Source: Candidatus Zixiibacteriota bacterium (GTDB taxonomy: Bacteria; Zixibacteria; MSB-5A5; GN15; FEB-12). Taken from it: a stretch of 16,955 nucleotides of DNA. The position numbers were made by a program, and so were the translations under genes. Positions 15,720-16,955 of this stretch are shown piece after piece; within the stretch, counting starts at the first letter, position 1, and each line of letters starts with the position of its first letter. The DNA lies in NCBI GenBank assembly GCA_041742355.1, contig JBGSIV010000221.1, forward strand, positions 1 to 16,955, given 5' to 3'. A model generated the notes under the pieces. The model worked only from the letters and a program-made list of their open reading frames with translations, searched no databases and was not told the DNA's origin.

Positions 15720-16955
15720 ATGCGACAGACCATTATGCAAATAACTCGAACCATACGCCGCCTCGTCGCGATTCTCATCCCCCTCCTCGCGGTCATCCTC
15801 GTAATTGACCTCGCGCTCTTCCCTCTCCCCGCCAAACGCCTCACCCGTCCCCACTCGCAGTTCGTCTGCTCCCGCGACAACATCCTCCTTGCGAGCTTCG
15901 CATCCAAAGACCTCTTCTGGCGCAAACCGGTCACCCTCGACCAAATCTCCCCCCGCCTGATCGAATCCGTCCTCGCCATCGAAGACCGCTGGTTCTACTG
16001 GCACCCCGGCGTTAATCCTATCTCCCTCCTGCAGGCCGCGTACGACAATGCCCGTGCCGGAAAAGTCGCTCGCGGGGGCTCCACCATCACCATGCAGATC
16101 GCCCGCATGATCGAACCCAAAGAACGCACCGTCGGCGGCAAGCTGATCGAGATCCTCCGCGCCCTCCAGCTCGAGCTGCATTACAGCAAGGACGAACTGC
16201 TGACGATCTACTTCAACCTCGTCCCCTACGGCGGCAACATCGAAGGCGTCGGCGCCGCCACCCATTTCTACTTCGACAAGGATCCTTCGCAGCTCACCTG
16301 GTCCGAAGCGGCTATCCTCACCGCCATCCCCGCCTCCCCCAACGCCTACCGCCCCGACCAGAACCCCCACCCCTGCCGCGTCCGCCGCGACACGCTTCTC
16401 ACCCGCCTTCTTTCGCGCGATGTCCTCGACAGCGCCGAATACGACCGCGCCCTGCTTGAGGAAATCCCCCCCGGCCGCCGCGACCGCCCCTTCATCGCTC
16501 CGCACTTCGCCCAGATGGTCATGGCCGCCTGCCAAGATTCCTCCGTCCTCCGCACCACGATCGACTTCAACCTCCAGCGCCTGAGCGAACGCCTCGCGGT
16601 GCGCTACCACGGCGCCCTCGAGCCGCACGGCATACACAACCTCGCGATCGTCGTAATTGACAACCAGACCGCCGACATCCTCGCCCTTGTCGGCTCCCCG
16701 GACTTCACCGACCGCGCCCACGCCGGCCAGGTCAACGGCGCCACCGCCCGACGGTCCCCCGGCTCGGCCCTCAAACCGTTCGTCTACACCCTCGCGTTCG
16801 ACGACGGCCTCGTCACCCCCCAGTCGCGCCTCGACGATATCCCCGTTTCCTACGCCGGCTACTCCCCGCAGAACTACGACGAACAGTACCACGGCGTCGT
16901 CTCGGTCAGCGACGCTCTGATCAACAGCTTCAACGTCCCCGCCGTCAACCTCGCC
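15720..16955 (+). CDS. pbpC: Penicillin-binding protein 1C (transglycosylase + transpeptidase); 3' end runs off the window; not in the ORF track
   Basis: N-terminal TM anchor; GT51 motifs EDRWFYWHPGVNP, GGSTITMQIAR, KLIEILRALQLE, YSKDELLTIYFNLVPYGGNIEG; transpeptidase motifs SPGSALKPF (SxxK) and SFN (SxN). Start at ATG 15720 or 15735; downstream of yfhM as expected. Confidence 0.95.
   Translation, partial: MRQTIMQITRTIRRLVAILIPLLAVILVIDLALFPLPAKRLTRPHSQFVCSRDNILLASFASKDLFWRKPVTLDQISPRLIESVLAIEDRWFYWHPGVNPISLLQAAYDNARAGKVARGGSTITMQIARMIEPKERTVGGKLIEILRALQLELHYSKDELLTIYFNLVPYGGNIEGVGAATHFYFDKDPSQLTWSEAAILTAIPASPNAYRPDQNPHPCRVRRDTLLTRLLSRDVLDSAEYDRALLEEIPPGRRDRPFIAPHFAQMVMAACQDSSVLRTTIDFNLQRLSERLAVRYHGALEPHGIHNLAIVVIDNQTADILALVGSPDFTDRAHAGQVNGATARRSPGSALKPFVYTLAFDDGLVTPQSRLDDIPVSYAGYSPQNYDEQYHGVVSVSDALINSFNVPAVNLA

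Noticed and set aside
15690..16892. 400-aa minus-strand ORF
   Set aside because: Antisense shadow of pbpC, which carries all expected motifs on the + strand.

Overview
GC-rich bacterial window whose + strand is visibly C-rich. In order it encodes: the 3' end of a canonical quinol-dependent nitric oxide reductase (qNOR); a RIC/YtfE/ScdA di-iron repair protein; a probable 57-aa orphan protein; RpiB; an iodotyrosine-deiodinase-like nitroreductase; two tandem DUF1328/UPF0391 small membrane proteins (the first is missing from the ORF track); a small membrane protein with a zinc ribbon (- strand); a secreted beta-lactamase-family serine hydrolase; a TolB/PD40-like lipoprotein (- strand); a secreted hypothetical protein; a YciI+SRPBCC fusion; a 1826-aa bacterial alpha-2-macroglobulin with an intact CxEQ thioester motif; and the 5' part of pbpC (also missing from the track). 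The most unusual signal is non-coding. The intergenic DNA carries several families of REP-like palindromes. One REP has a 152-bp MITE (14-bp perfect TIRs, GAAA target duplication) inserted in its loop, and that MITE itself carries a REP pair. Two inverted copies of a fixed-spacing two-hairpin module bracket a 3-kb block of three exported-protein genes. Two genes from normally cytoplasmic families (RIC, YciI-SRPBCC) have an in-frame signal-peptide-like extension plus a second internal SD+ATG. All calls come from motif recognition by eye; no database searches were run.
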